Part shown: piece after piece, positions 27,824-37,182 of the stretch
How positions within the stretch are numbered: the first letter of the stretch is position 1
How the letters are laid out: each line of letters begins with the position of its first letter
Origin: a virus
Reading direction: 5' to 3' (one strand)
Virus record (IMG/VR): IMGVR_UViG_3300033232_000078
DNA: 64,000 bases
Program-made: the position numbers and the translations under genes
Notes under the pieces: generated by a model
Databases searched by the model: none
The model's input: only the letters and a program-made list of their open reading frames with translations
Told to the model about the DNA's origin: nothing

Positions 27824-29011
27824 TTAGGGGGTGGTGAAGTTGCCCAGATACGCGAACGTGCGCTCGTGGTTGACTTCCAGGCCGGCTTCCGTCAACCACT
27901 GACCCTTGTGGGTATCAGCGTCGTTGGCCTGGATGTTATCCTGGGCCGCAGTGTCGCGAAGGTGCCGGTACTTCATGGCGGCCGGGTTCAACACGAACAT
28001 CGAGTTGTTGTAACGCGGGTGGGTGTTCAGCAGCGGGTGAGTCTTAATGTAGAAGATCCCCTGCGGCGTCACGAACTGCTGGAGCGCCATGCCATACTGC
28101 TTGATGACGCCGTCGTAGTTCACCTTGACGTTCGCGTTCGAACCGATGATCTTGTTCAACGCGTTCAAGGCACCGTTACCGGCAAAGATGATGCGCTCGT
28201 TGCCAGCGCCCGAACCTGCATAGTCGAACACCGGATACAGGGCATCCAGGAACGAGTTCACAGTCGGGGTGGTCGAAAACACCGTCCGGTTTGTGGTGAT
28301 GTACGAACGCAGACCGCCGGTCGTGCGCATCGGCTTACCGTTGGGGCCGGTAACCTCGCTACGCGAACCGAAGAACCACGCCAGTTCCATTGCCACCGCA
28401 TGATCGAACATCTTCCGCTTTTTGTCGTTCTTCAGCGGATCGCCCGTGCGGGTGTTGGTTTTCTTGGCCGTGTTGGTCAGCTCGTAAGCCGTCTTGAAGA
28501 TCTGACAGTAGTTGAAGATCTTCGAGGGGTTGCGAGTCGTCGCAGTCGGGCTGTTGGTGCCTTCAGCGAAGCGGTTGCCGATCTTGGTCGCGAAGAAACT
28601 CACGCCAGTCACATCAGCCGAGGTGCCGGCTTGGCCACGCTTGACAACGATTGCAGTGTCAGAAGTAACGCTCGACACTTCCACGATTTCGTTGTCATAG
28701 TCGGCTGCGTCGGCTTTTTCCACCAACAGCAAGTCACCCGGAACCAGGTCCAGACCACCGCCGATCAAGCCGAGCGCTGTGGACGAAGCGCTCAGACCGG
28801 TTGCGTCAGACTGCACACGCATCAGGTTCAGTTGCTCCTCGTACCACGCAAACTCGGGATCGTCCGTCGCTTGCGAACCCATCTTGGACAGCAGCCCGGT
28901 CAGGGGCGTCATGCCGTTCGGATCGCGCCAGAGAATGGTCTCGCGAAAGTTCTTGGGCCGTTCATCGGTCGCCCAGTCACCAGTACCACGAAGTCCAGCA
29001 ATTGCAGGCAT
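27824..29011 (-). CDS. Major capsid protein (DUF5309/SU10-like)
   Basis: DPEFAWYEEQL, NYCQIFKTAYELT, TTGGLRSYI, GQWLTEAGLEV motifs; follows scaffold; strong codon bias. Confidence 0.88.
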   Translation of the reverse strand: MPAIAGLRGTGDWATDERPKNFRETILWRDPNGMTPLTGLLSKMGSQATDDPEFAWYEEQLNLMRVQSDATGLSASSTALGLIGGGLDLVPGDLLLVEKADAADYDNEIVEVSSVTSDTAIVVKRGQAGTSADVTGVSFFATKIGNRFAEGTNSPTATTRNPSKIFNYCQIFKTAYELTNTAKKTNTRTGDPLKNDKKRKMFDHAVAMELAWFFGSRSEVTGPNGKPMRTTGGLRSYITTNRTVFSTTPTVNSFLDALYPVFDYAGSGAGNERIIFAGNGALNALNKIIGSNANVKVNYDGVIKQYGMALQQFVTPQGIFYIKTHPLLNTHPRYNNSMFVLNPAAMKYRHLRDTAAQDNIQANDADTHKGQWLTEAGLEVNHERTFAYLGNFTTP

Positions 29012-29022
29012 AATATTACTCC

Positions 29023-29892
29023 TTAATCGTCAGTGTCGATAAGGTCTGCCCAGGGATTTGCCTGCGCGGGTGCGCGCGGAGCTGTACCGCCGCCACCCCC
29101 ACGAGCCGGTGCAAAGGGTTGCACGACAGGCTGCGGGGATGCCGGGGGAGCTGCACCCTGACCGGGGATACCGGCTGCGGGTAAGCCAAGGGCCGTCCTT
29201 ACCATATTACCAATAGTTACAATGGTCGTGTCAGCGTCAGCGTTCGGGTTGACCTGACGGAACATAGCGCCGATTTGGAGAATCTTGGCTTGGTCCACAT
29301 TCTTGAGATCAGGATTCATTTCATAGAATGCATTCTGCGCCTTGGTTTCCACTTCAGCAGACTGCGTTACGCTTCGAATCAAGCCCGGCACCATCTCATG
29401 CACGGCCTTCAGTACATTTTCCGTCACCTCGAAATGCACCTGCGCGGCCAGTCGCGGTAACACAGTCTCGGGTTCGGACAGCAAGGCACGGGCGGTATCT
29501 TCGTCCAGTGCGTAATGCTTTTCCAAGCCCGACATATGCTGCGTTTTCCACGAGTTGTAATCCAACGCGGGTTGCGGTGCCTGGGCAGGCTGAGGTTCGG
29601 GGGCAGCCGGCTGCGGAGTCGGGGTCTGGACGGGTGCAGCAGGTTCGACCGGAGCCACTAAAGGTTCGGTCGTCGGTTCCTGCGCGGGTTCCGATGGCTC
29701 GGGCGCCTCGGTGGACTCCACGGATTCCTCACCCGTTTCGCTAACCTCAAACTCCCCTTCCACCGTAAGTCCAGACTCGTCATCCGAGTCGTCTGCCATA
29801 TCGGCCCAATTAACATCAGAGGTCGCGCCCTCCTCTGCGGGAACCTCAGGGGGCGTTTCGGTACCCTGAGCTGCTTCCTGATTCACTAGCAT
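29023..29892 (-). CDS. Capsid scaffolding protein
   Basis: Acidic, Pro-rich, between portal and capsid genes. Confidence 0.7.
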   Translation of the reverse strand: MLVNQEAAQGTETPPEVPAEEGATSDVNWADMADDSDDESGLTVEGEFEVSETGEESVESTEAPEPSEPAQEPTTEPLVAPVEPAAPVQTPTPQPAAPEPQPAQAPQPALDYNSWKTQHMSGLEKHYALDEDTARALLSEPETVLPRLAAQVHFEVTENVLKAVHEMVPGLIRSVTQSAEVETKAQNAFYEMNPDLKNVDQAKILQIGAMFRQVNPNADADTTIVTIGNMVRTALGLPAAGIPGQGAAPPASPQPVVQPFAPARGGGGGTAPRAPAQANPWADLIDTDD

Positions 29893-30184
29893 TTAGTTGC
29901 TCCTTTACTCGATCAATGTCAAAATCAAGCTCAGACAGAATTGTCTCAGCCGTTACGGTAATAGACAGCCGGCCTTCGAGCTGCCCCTTTCTGAACTCCT
30001 GAAGCGGTACATCGTCCAGGCGCGTGAGTGGCGTATAGATAACAGAACGCTGGAGCTCGTCTGCCTGTTCCTGCAGCACTTGTACAAGGTTCATCCATGC
30101 CGGGCTAGAAGTCAACGACTCCCACGCCTTTTTCTTTTCGATCAGGGCAACCAAGTACCCCTGCGGATCATTCACATCTTCCAT
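29846..30184 (-). CDS. Hypothetical protein between portal and scaffold
   Basis: Overlap-coupled to portal; helical composition. Confidence 0.6.
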   Translation of the reverse strand: MEDVNDPQGYLVALIEKKKAWESLTSSPAWMNLVQVLQEQADELQRSVIYTPLTRLDDVPLQEFRKGQLEGRLSITVTAETILSELDFDIDRVKEQLNASESGSSSGYRNAP

Positions 30185-32127
30185 TACCCAGTACTCCCCA
30201 TGCCGGGAATTTGCCCGGGCTCATTAAAGTTACTCCGTCCGGCAGGCATCGGACCGCCTGCGGGAACTGGGACTCCCTGAGGCGTCATGCCATCAGGTAC
30301 CACATTGATGCGGAACTGGTTGATGTTCTTCAGCCCCGCGAGTTGCGCCACAAAAGCAAAGATCCTGGATACATCGTAGCCCTGCATGATCTGAGGGACT
30401 TTCGACATTGTACCGAACATCTGCTGCCATAGGTTCGCCTGAGCAAAGCGATCTACTGGCATCGTACCGTCCACAGGTACAAAGTCAAAGGCGCCCTGAA
30501 TCATATCCGGCGAGACGTTCATGTACTGACCCATCCATTGAGCCTGATCCCCGACGATCCGATATTGCCTTTCAATATCCATAAGCTGCTGAGTCGAGGC
30601 CACCATTTTGCTTGCCATCGGCGAGAAGCCCGTCGCGGAGAACCATTCGCAGTTCGTCTTCAGCCGGTTGATGCCAAAGGTCGAGGAGCTTCGCACTTCG
30701 GTCGCAGTCTTCCGACCACCTGAATTCACCATCCCCATGATGTTGTCGTTGACTCCCATGATCCGCTGGGCCATCGAGCCGACGATATCCGTGTCATTCA
30801 GATTTGAGCGGGTTACGTCCTGCACAGGGAGCTGGTGGATCATATTCCGAATGTCTCCACCGTATCCGGCAGGCTTCAGCCTGACCATCATGCCGGGCTC
30901 ATTCGACTCGAGATCCTTTGCATAGACCCTTGAGGGATCATAGACGAACTGGTTATTCAGACTCGCCCGGACATTATAGAAGTGCGAATTGATCAGCCAC
31001 TCCATGGTCTTGTTCAGCGGATCAAGGATCTCCATCATGCCCCGGGAGTGCAGCGAGTATCCGTCAATCTCGAACTGCAGCACGTCAAAGGGGAACTTAC
31101 CATGCAGCAAGCCGAGCGGCTGAGCCGACACAATGGCTTTCTTGTTTGCAATAGTAAAGACCCATTTTTCGGGCTTCGAACTGGTGCCCAGACCCCAATC
31201 CCTGGGGATGATCTGCCAGTGGAATTCATACAGCTCAACCGTAGACGGAGCATTTTCATACAGGTTAATCTGGGCGCCATCCAAGGGAAGTTGTACTCGC
31301 GAGCTTCCCGAGTCCCGATCCTCCGAGCCGTGATTGTTGCCTTTCTTGATATACTCCAGATTAAAGTATTTCCCCTGACCGTGCCCCTCGACGAGCTTGT
31401 GCCAACCCACCTTATCATAGACAATACAAAATTCTCCGTCCTGGAAACGGTACACCGGATACCGGGGATCAGTGTAAAAGTCATGGGGCCGGATATTATA
31501 CAGCTTGTTTCCGACATATCCAAAAGCCGTCTGGGATTGCAGGACCTTCTTCGGGGCCCGTCCAGGGATCGGCATACCAAGGAAGGTTTCCGGAACCTCA
31601 ACATATTGAGAGGTCGTAATTTCTTCCTTATCCCAGTACTGACCCAGCACCCCGTGGCCGTACTTGCCAACATCGAGCAGCCAAATATAAAGCGGAGGGG
31701 TGTTGCCGCCAGTCTGAAGCTGATAATCCAGCAGACTCTCCATCGCCATCTCGGCATTCTGAGACTCACCGTGCCGGCCGCGCATCTGGAGCACCGGGTC
31801 CCTGGCCAGGAACACAGACGTATAGTAAGTGTGGCTGGTCAGCAGCATCGCATAACTATAGGGAATGTTCAAATTCACATAGCTCGGCTTGCCCTTTTGC
31901 CGGTTCCCCTTGCGCGCGTTATCCAAATCATCTTCAGGAATATACATCATGAAGGTGTCTTCAGACTCTTGCCACTTGACCGCGCGCAAATCCTGGGCTT
32001 CCTTCGCCGCCTTCCAGCGTTTGTCAAACTCGCTCATAATGCGAGCATGCTGCTTCTTGCCGAAGGGAATGTGGAAAACTCCAGGTGCCAATGGCACCCC
32101 TTGCTCTAGCTTGTCTTGTTCATTCAT
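30184..32127 (-). CDS. Portal protein
   Basis: 647 aa; GRKTATEV motif, Q/P-rich tail; follows TerL. Confidence 0.85.
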   Translation of the reverse strand: MNEQDKLEQGVPLAPGVFHIPFGKKQHARIMSEFDKRWKAAKEAQDLRAVKWQESEDTFMMYIPEDDLDNARKGNRQKGKPSYVNLNIPYSYAMLLTSHTYYTSVFLARDPVLQMRGRHGESQNAEMAMESLLDYQLQTGGNTPPLYIWLLDVGKYGHGVLGQYWDKEEITTSQYVEVPETFLGMPIPGRAPKKVLQSQTAFGYVGNKLYNIRPHDFYTDPRYPVYRFQDGEFCIVYDKVGWHKLVEGHGQGKYFNLEYIKKGNNHGSEDRDSGSSRVQLPLDGAQINLYENAPSTVELYEFHWQIIPRDWGLGTSSKPEKWVFTIANKKAIVSAQPLGLLHGKFPFDVLQFEIDGYSLHSRGMMEILDPLNKTMEWLINSHFYNVRASLNNQFVYDPSRVYAKDLESNEPGMMVRLKPAGYGGDIRNMIHQLPVQDVTRSNLNDTDIVGSMAQRIMGVNDNIMGMVNSGGRKTATEVRSSSTFGINRLKTNCEWFSATGFSPMASKMVASTQQLMDIERQYRIVGDQAQWMGQYMNVSPDMIQGAFDFVPVDGTMPVDRFAQANLWQQMFGTMSKVPQIMQGYDVSRIFAFVAQLAGLKNINQFRINVVPDGMTPQGVPVPAGGPMPAGRSNFNEPGQIPGMGSTG

Positions 32128-32582
32128 GGCGCGTTCTCCACCTCAGTAATAATATTAAGTTCCCAATCTTTCCGGGCTTGAATTGCCTGCTCTTTAGAAG
32201 GCCCTAAATATAAATGGTACTGTTGACCTTTACGCATACCATAGGCCTGCCACAGTCCACACTGAGTATTGAAACGAACACCTTTGACACCAGACTTATT
32301 ATTGGAAGAAAGTCCACGATTCCAGTCCTGCTGTTCTTGAGTTGCCCAGCGACAGTTTGCTTTGCTGTATCCAAGATTTCCATCAATACGATCAAGACTT
32401 CTTCCTTTAGGTCGCAAACCCATATCGGACATAAAAGTCTCAAAACTTCCCCAAGCCGGATCAACTGTAATTCCTTTACCACCATACCGCATAAAGTCAT
32501 CTCGCATTGGATCAGTGCAGCGTCGCCACATATCCACCCAAATTGAGCGTAAAGCCCGAGTTTCTTCCGTGTGTCGTTTCAT
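32124..32582 (-). CDS. Free-standing HNH endonuclease with AP2-like C-terminus
   Basis: YGGKGITV...SLDRIDGNLGYSKANCRWAT..Q..N; NNKSGVKGV...WQA; lower GC than flanks. Confidence 0.85.
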   Translation of the reverse strand: MKRHTEETRALRSIWVDMWRRCTDPMRDDFMRYGGKGITVDPAWGSFETFMSDMGLRPKGRSLDRIDGNLGYSKANCRWATQEQQDWNRGLSSNNKSGVKGVRFNTQCGLWQAYGMRKGQQYHLYLGPSKEQAIQARKDWELNIITEVENAP

Positions 32583-34045
32583 TAAGGCGCGTTCCTAAAG
32601 TTTAATTGGGCAGGAGCCTCGTCCTCGACTTCGCTCGCCTCCCCGTCAATCCAGTCTCCGATGGCTTGGTTCTGCCCCCAGGTAATTCCCATCGCCACAG
32701 CATCCACCACGTCGTCGTGATTGCCGCTGGTCGGGCTATACTCCACGAACTGTTCGATGAACTTTGAGTGCGTGGCCTTACAGTGAAGCCGGCCGTACCC
32801 ACTGGTCTCTCCGAGCGCCTGGACAATCCGGTCGGACTTGCGCCGGCGATCCTGCACCTGATACACTGGGATATACACCCGCTTCTCCCGCATCTGGGTT
32901 TCCAAATACCATGCCAATACCCTTTGATAGGCGATCGACTCAACCACAATGCCCAGGGGTCGATAACGCCGGATAAATTCAAAGACGGATTTCGCAACCA
33001 TCTCGGGAGTTTGGCCGATTTCAGCCTCGTATTCAATAAGATATACGTTGTCTTTGTGGAAGCCAAGTACTGCAACCGCATTATCATCGGCTTCTTTGGA
33101 GTCGCTCGAAGCCGGGTCAATCGCAATTACAAAGGTCATTCGGTCGGGCAGCACATCCCAGAAGACCAGCGAATCCTCCCGGAAGCTCGCGAGTTCCTCA
33201 GAGATAACCTTACACTCTTTTTCCCGCATCCACACCGACAGGCGCCCGGATCGAATGTAATCCGCCTTGACCTTGAGCAATTCCTCGGTCGGGTAGCGGC
33301 TTTCCCAGCGGGACTTCCCCCGCTCATCAAAAATCCCGAAGCGGATGCCTTTCCAGGCCGGATCATTTTGGCAGGTCTCAATCAAGTCGAACTTATTCTT
33401 CGGGGTATCCAGCAAGACGATCTTGGCGTCGGGCGACTCGCTGGGCGGGCTCAACGAGTTAATCAAGGCCCCGAAGAACAGATTGGATTCCTTACGACGC
33501 TGCTCAGCACTTCCACTCGCCTCATCCGTTGAGGTATCATCGCAAAGGATAAGGTCAGGCCGATAATCATCAATGTTAAAGCCGCGGAGCTGGCCGGTGA
33601 TGCCCAGCGCGACAACCGTGATCGGGGTGTCCGTTACCTCGTTCCAGATTTCAATATGATCGTCTGACCACTTCGCACCCTTACGAAGCCGGAAGGTACT
33701 TGCCCAGAACTTGTTGTGTTCGATTTGGCGTTTGATCCAGCGCAGCGTCAGAATCGAGTGGCCCTGGCTTGCACTGACCACCATAATCGTGCGAGAGATG
33801 TTGTATGCGATCCTCTGGCTCAGGTATACCCTGAGCAGGGTTGTCTTAGCCCCGTCGCGGAAGACTTCAATGGCAATCTGGCGGTTGTCCGGGTTGTACA
33901 ACTCCTGCCCGATCTGGTCATGGAATGCGGGGGAGTCCTGCCGCAGGGTCTTCGGGAAGAAGATCCTGCCGTAGCGGCTCAAACTAGTCGCGCCCACCAT
34001 CACGGCTTCCCGGGGGGAGATAGCTACTTGATTCACGGACGCCAT
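32582..34045 (-). CDS. terL: Terminase large subunit
   Basis: FRDGAKTT Walker A-like, RPDLILCDD Walker B, nuclease motifs AIDPA and HDDVVDA. Confidence 0.9.
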   Translation of the reverse strand: MASVNQVAISPREAVMVGATSLSRYGRIFFPKTLRQDSPAFHDQIGQELYNPDNRQIAIEVFRDGAKTTLLRVYLSQRIAYNISRTIMVVSASQGHSILTLRWIKRQIEHNKFWASTFRLRKGAKWSDDHIEIWNEVTDTPITVVALGITGQLRGFNIDDYRPDLILCDDTSTDEASGSAEQRRKESNLFFGALINSLSPPSESPDAKIVLLDTPKNKFDLIETCQNDPAWKGIRFGIFDERGKSRWESRYPTEELLKVKADYIRSGRLSVWMREKECKVISEELASFREDSLVFWDVLPDRMTFVIAIDPASSDSKEADDNAVAVLGFHKDNVYLIEYEAEIGQTPEMVAKSVFEFIRRYRPLGIVVESIAYQRVLAWYLETQMREKRVYIPVYQVQDRRRKSDRIVQALGETSGYGRLHCKATHSKFIEQFVEYSPTSGNHDDVVDAVAMGITWGQNQAIGDWIDGEASEVEDEAPAQLNFRNAP

Positions 34046-34551
34046 ATGTGTACCTTGAAACCTGAATGCGGATTGTCCACGTCACTGGCGAGCACCACCC
34101 GCTCGGGAAACACGACCGAGGGATCGTACCATTTCACCACTTCGCAGACTTCGATTTTCCAGAGATGTTGGGGAAACATCGTGCGCAGGACAGGTGCGTA
34201 GAGCCTGCGTGTCTGCCACCAAGCCAGCCCAACGTGCTGGTACTTCACCTCAATGATGGTAATCACGCCCCTCGCCAAGTCCCAGATCAAGCCGTCCGGC
34301 TGACACCAGCGCCACTTCCCTTCATCGAAGAATTTGATCCAGGGGGACGCCAAATAATGCTCACCATAAAAGGATTCCAGATATGCATGGACCTTCTTTT
34401 CATAGCGGATGCCCTCAGCCCGGCGCCCCTTGTACTGGCGCTTCTTGAGCTGGGGCGGGACGCAGAAGTGAGCTGCGCGCGGAGCCTGGGCCGGACGGAA
34501 GCCGGCGGGCACCAGGAGGTCAGGCTGCGCCATCAGCACTCGGCAATGCAC
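34033..34551 (-). CDS. PD-(D/E)XK nuclease-like protein between TerS and TerL
   Basis: QPDGLIW...IIEVKY motif. Confidence 0.6.
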   Translation of the reverse strand: MHCRVLMAQPDLLVPAGFRPAQAPRAAHFCVPPQLKKRQYKGRRAEGIRYEKKVHAYLESFYGEHYLASPWIKFFDEGKWRWCQPDGLIWDLARGVITIIEVKYQHVGLAWWQTRRLYAPVLRTMFPQHLWKIEVCEVVKWYDPSVVFPERVVLASDVDNPHSGFKVHIWRP

Positions 34552-35065
34552 TTGGTTCTTGCACCACCTCGACCAGTTCGCCTTGGATGGCGGCCTTGAA
34601 CTGACCTTGCGCCTTCATCACATTCCGGGCGGCGTCCAAGTCGTCTTGGCTCAGCAGAAACACATTTTGCTGATTGACCTGAAGGCCCCCTTGGTTGGCG
34701 CCGAAGCCGTTCCGGGCGCTGGCGGGGGCGTAGCCCATCCGGTGCAGAGCCTTGTCCGCCGCATCCAGAATATATTCCGGGTCCTCCGAGTCCGCGATTT
34801 TTTCCGCGAGCCGGTCGAGCGCGATGTCCGCGACCACCTTGAGCTTCTCCGGGATGCTCATCGCACAGTGGTTATGAATATTCTGGAGCTTCTCCTGGAA
34901 TTCGGCCTGGAAAACATCGCTGTGGATGACGGTACTGAGCCAGGCCTGGCTGACGCCGAAATGGTCGGCGCACTGGCGCAACGGCTTGTCCGGATTCAGC
35001 ACCATCCAGTTCATTATCATTGAATGTTTATGGGAGATTTTTTGAATTTGGGCGGACTCAGCCAT
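34520..35065 (-). CDS. Putative terminase small subunit (N-terminal HTH)
   Basis: First gene of the late arm; LRQCADHFGVSQAWLSTVI HTH; GGAG RBS. Confidence 0.65.
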   Translation of the reverse strand: MAESAQIQKISHKHSMIMNWMVLNPDKPLRQCADHFGVSQAWLSTVIHSDVFQAEFQEKLQNIHNHCAMSIPEKLKVVADIALDRLAEKIADSEDPEYILDAADKALHRMGYAPASARNGFGANQGGLQVNQQNVFLLSQDDLDAARNVMKAQGQFKAAIQGELVEVVQEPSALPSADGAA

Positions 35066-35235
35066 GGCGTTGTCTCCGAAACGGTTTAGGTATGCATACT
35101 GTATGCCCGGCGGGTTTGGGAGGCAACTACTGGATTTATTAACGGGACCGCTAATTCCACTTTAACTCTAGAAATCCGTAAGTGCATTCCCCCCTGGTAT
35201 GCGGGGTGCGAAGGGGGGCGGTACGGTATGCACGC

Positions 35236-35248
35236 TAAGTCGTTGATT
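35236..35248 (-). promoter_or_regulatory. IHF consensus site
   Basis: Minus strand AATCAACGACTTA matches WATCAANNNNTTR. Confidence 0.5.
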
Positions 35249-35269
35249 TGTAACGGATTTTTCCCGGGC

Positions 35270-35297
35270 TTGCATTCCAGCCCAGTCGGCGTATTAT
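35270..35297 (+). promoter_or_regulatory. Putative sigma70 promoter for the first early gene
   Basis: TTGCAT-16bp-TATTAT. Confidence 0.45.
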
Positions 35298-35422
35298 ATA
35301 CATATGGACGCCAGGAACAGGTTACCAGGTCCCAGGGTCCAGGTTGGACCGGCGAAGCTGCATAGGGCAGTAGAGTCGAGGTGCATTATGCATCGAGCAG
35401 TATTCATTTTGGAGATTTTACC

Positions 35423-35920
35423 ATGAGTGCAAAACAGAAGTTTCTCTCGAAAGTCACGCCCAGCGATATTGGGGGCAAGGACCAAGTAGTTGCCTTTGTT
35501 CTCGGCAATGGGTTGCGGGTTGAGGCGGACTTAAAGCAAGTCTCGCCGGACATGATAACGCAGCTCGCATTGCACGGGCTCAGCCAGAAGGTAGGCGACG
35601 CAAGCGCCGGGTTCTCGAAACTGCAAGACTTTTCTGGTGCCTTCGGCGCGATGCAGCAGGTAGTGGATAATCTGTACAGCGGCCAATGGAGCACCCGAGG
35701 CCAGGGCGGCGGACTCAGTGACTTGGTGCAGGCAATCTGTGAACTGCGCGGGGTTGAGCCGGATGCAGCTCAGTCGGCGATCGAAGCGATGGATGAGGAG
35801 CAGTTGAAGAGGGTTACCAGCCATCCTCAAGTCAAAGCCAAGATTGCGGATATCAAAGCAGCAAGGCTGACCAAGGCCGCAGAAGGCGCGGCGGATCTGG
35901 ATGACTTGTTAGACCTGTAG
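35423..35920 (+). CDS. Early protein A, paralog of 38571-39072
   Basis: GGAG RBS before ATG 35423; followed by a strong terminator. Confidence 0.8.
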   Translation: MSAKQKFLSKVTPSDIGGKDQVVAFVLGNGLRVEADLKQVSPDMITQLALHGLSQKVGDASAGFSKLQDFSGAFGAMQQVVDNLYSGQWSTRGQGGGLSDLVQAICELRGVEPDAAQSAIEAMDEEQLKRVTSHPQVKAKIADIKAARLTKAAEGAADLDDLLDL

Positions 35921-35947
35921 TCCCTCGTCCCTCGTCCCAGGTCCCAT

Positions 35948-35977
35948 ACCCCCAGAGCAATCTGGGGGTTTTTTTTT
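35948..35977 (+). terminator. Rho-independent terminator
   Basis: ACCCCCAGA-GCAA-TCTGGGGGT followed by a T run. Confidence 0.9.
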
Positions 35978-36012
35978 ACGCCTTATGCATATGCCTTGCC
36001 GAGGCGGGGCGG

Positions 36013-36068
36013 GCTCTGGGAGATTGGCGCTTGGATCTGGGAGCTTGGAGCTTGGAGCTTGGCGCTCA
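36013..36068 (+). repeat. Eight degenerate tandem heptamers (three exact GAGCTTG)
   Basis: GCTCTGG GAGATTG GCGCTTG GATCTGG GAGCTTG GAGCTTG GAGCTTG GCGCTCA. Confidence 0.7.
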
Positions 36069-36140
36069 ATGCATTCACGAGGCCGGGCTGTGGCCCGGAT
36101 TCTCGCAGGTCTTGCATATGTGCTCGCAGGGGGTAGGTAA

Positions 36141-36179
36141 TTGGCGGGGCGGATAACAAAGTATTATGCGCCCCCACAA
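36141..36179. promoter_or_regulatory. 39-bp palindrome family, site 4
   Basis: TTGGCGGGGCGGATAA-CAAAGTA-TTATGCGCCCCCACAA. Confidence 0.8.
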
Positions 36180-36410
36180 TACCCTACGGCGCGTCCAAAC
36201 CATAGGGATGCCCTACCATACCCAATTCCTCCGAACGCCGCATGGCGACCCCATCCCGGGCGCGGTAGCCCCATTCCCAACACCCCTACCCCCCCACATT
36301 AGCCCCATCCCGAAATACTATATCCCTGATTCATTCTAACCCGCATTGAGGCCCAATGATAAGCATTCATAGCAATGGTGCAATGATTCGGAGTACCCCC
36401 CACACTCCCA

Positions 36411-36449
36411 TTCACGGGGCGCATAATAAATCATTATACAGCCCGCCAA
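36411..36449. promoter_or_regulatory. 39-bp palindrome family, site 5
   Basis: TTCACGGGGCGCATAA-TAAATCA-TTATACAGCCCGCCAA. Confidence 0.75.
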
Positions 36450-36644
36450 TTCTTCAGCTCATGGTCAATGCACTGTATTTAAGGTTCTAAGTTTTTTTTT
36501 TTATAAACATACTAACTAACTACCCCAGGCTACACATTAACGGGGCGCAGAATGGCCGGGGGAAAGGGGGTATGGCAAAATCATTGCACCATTACAATCA
36601 ATGCATTCCAATGCTCCCCATTGCCTTTCAGCCCACATCAAGGC

Positions 36645-36673
36645 TTGACAACCTTACAAAATCATACCACAAT
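36645..36673 (+). promoter_or_regulatory. Early sigma70 promoter P1
   Basis: TTGACA-accttacaaaatcatac(17)-CACAAT. Confidence 0.8.
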
Positions 36674-36704
36674 CCCAAATGCAGCACTCACAAAAGGAAC
36701 CCGG

Positions 36705-37181
36705 ATGAAAATATACTCAAAAGACACACCGATGTGGCAAGCGTATGAGGAATTATTCCTCAACACTACAGCGCCAGACATATTTAATGAAGTATCCCAA
36801 CACTTTGAGCCCGCCCCAATACAAATCCCTTGCCAAACCAAGGGCGAGGCCCTGAATCTGGCGATGGGGCTCAATGCATGTCAAATTCAAGACTTTATGG
36901 AGAAAGGCACTCCGAAGAGTTTTATCACAAAGAGTGCCAAGGCCAAGATACTACCCAACGGCGAGCCTGTGCTGGAAATAAGCGTAAGCTATCGGCATCG
37001 ACCTAAGCCCCGGAAGGTCGACAGTGCCTTGGGCAAAATCCTCAAACAAAGCCAAGATCAGAGCAAGGAAACGCAAGTGCAACCAGCAGGCTCTGGCCGG
37101 GGGGAAATCACGGAAGAGCAGCGCATTCAGCATCAAGAAGCTGAGGATGCTAAAATCAGAAAACTAATGGGGCTAGAATAG
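36705..37181 (+). CDS. Hypothetical early protein
   Basis: AAGGA RBS before ATG 36705, downstream of P1. Confidence 0.7.
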   Translation: MKIYSKDTPMWQAYEELFLNTTAPDIFNEVSQHFEPAPIQIPCQTKGEALNLAMGLNACQIQDFMEKGTPKSFITKSAKAKILPNGEPVLEISVSYRHRPKPRKVDSALGKILKQSQDQSKETQVQPAGSGRGEITEEQRIQHQEAEDAKIRKLMGLE

Positions 37182-37182
37182 C

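Noticed and set aside
27738-27899. 54-aa N-terminal extension of the glycosyltransferase ORF in the track
   Set aside because: Overlaps the capsid gene and crosses palindrome site 3; ATG 27737 has an RBS and begins the GT fold.
28641-28646. Extra TTGACA hexamers (28641, 43324) as promoters
   Set aside because: No -10 box at 16-18 bp, no ACCTT extension, and both are inside coding sequence.
27866-29026. Long antisense ORFs (also 6543-7433, 13269-14312, 30982-32109, 8202-9026)
   Set aside because: They shadow well-supported genes on the other strand, lack RBS and motifs, and are expected from codon bias in GC-rich DNA.
33840-33870. Atypical TerL Walker A (FRDGAKTT)
   Set aside because: Within the known variation of terminase P-loops (RxxAK[ST]); other motifs are intact.
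35983-36177. 64-aa minus-strand ORF in the non-coding region
   Set aside because: Made of heptamer repeats and palindrome sequence, with no RBS and against local transcription.
36411-36449. Canonical dif site for XerCD-mediated integration
   Set aside because: No XerD arm (TTATGTTAAAT) at any site and the spacer is 7 rather than 6 bp; only the XerC-like arm resemblance is kept as a hypothesis.
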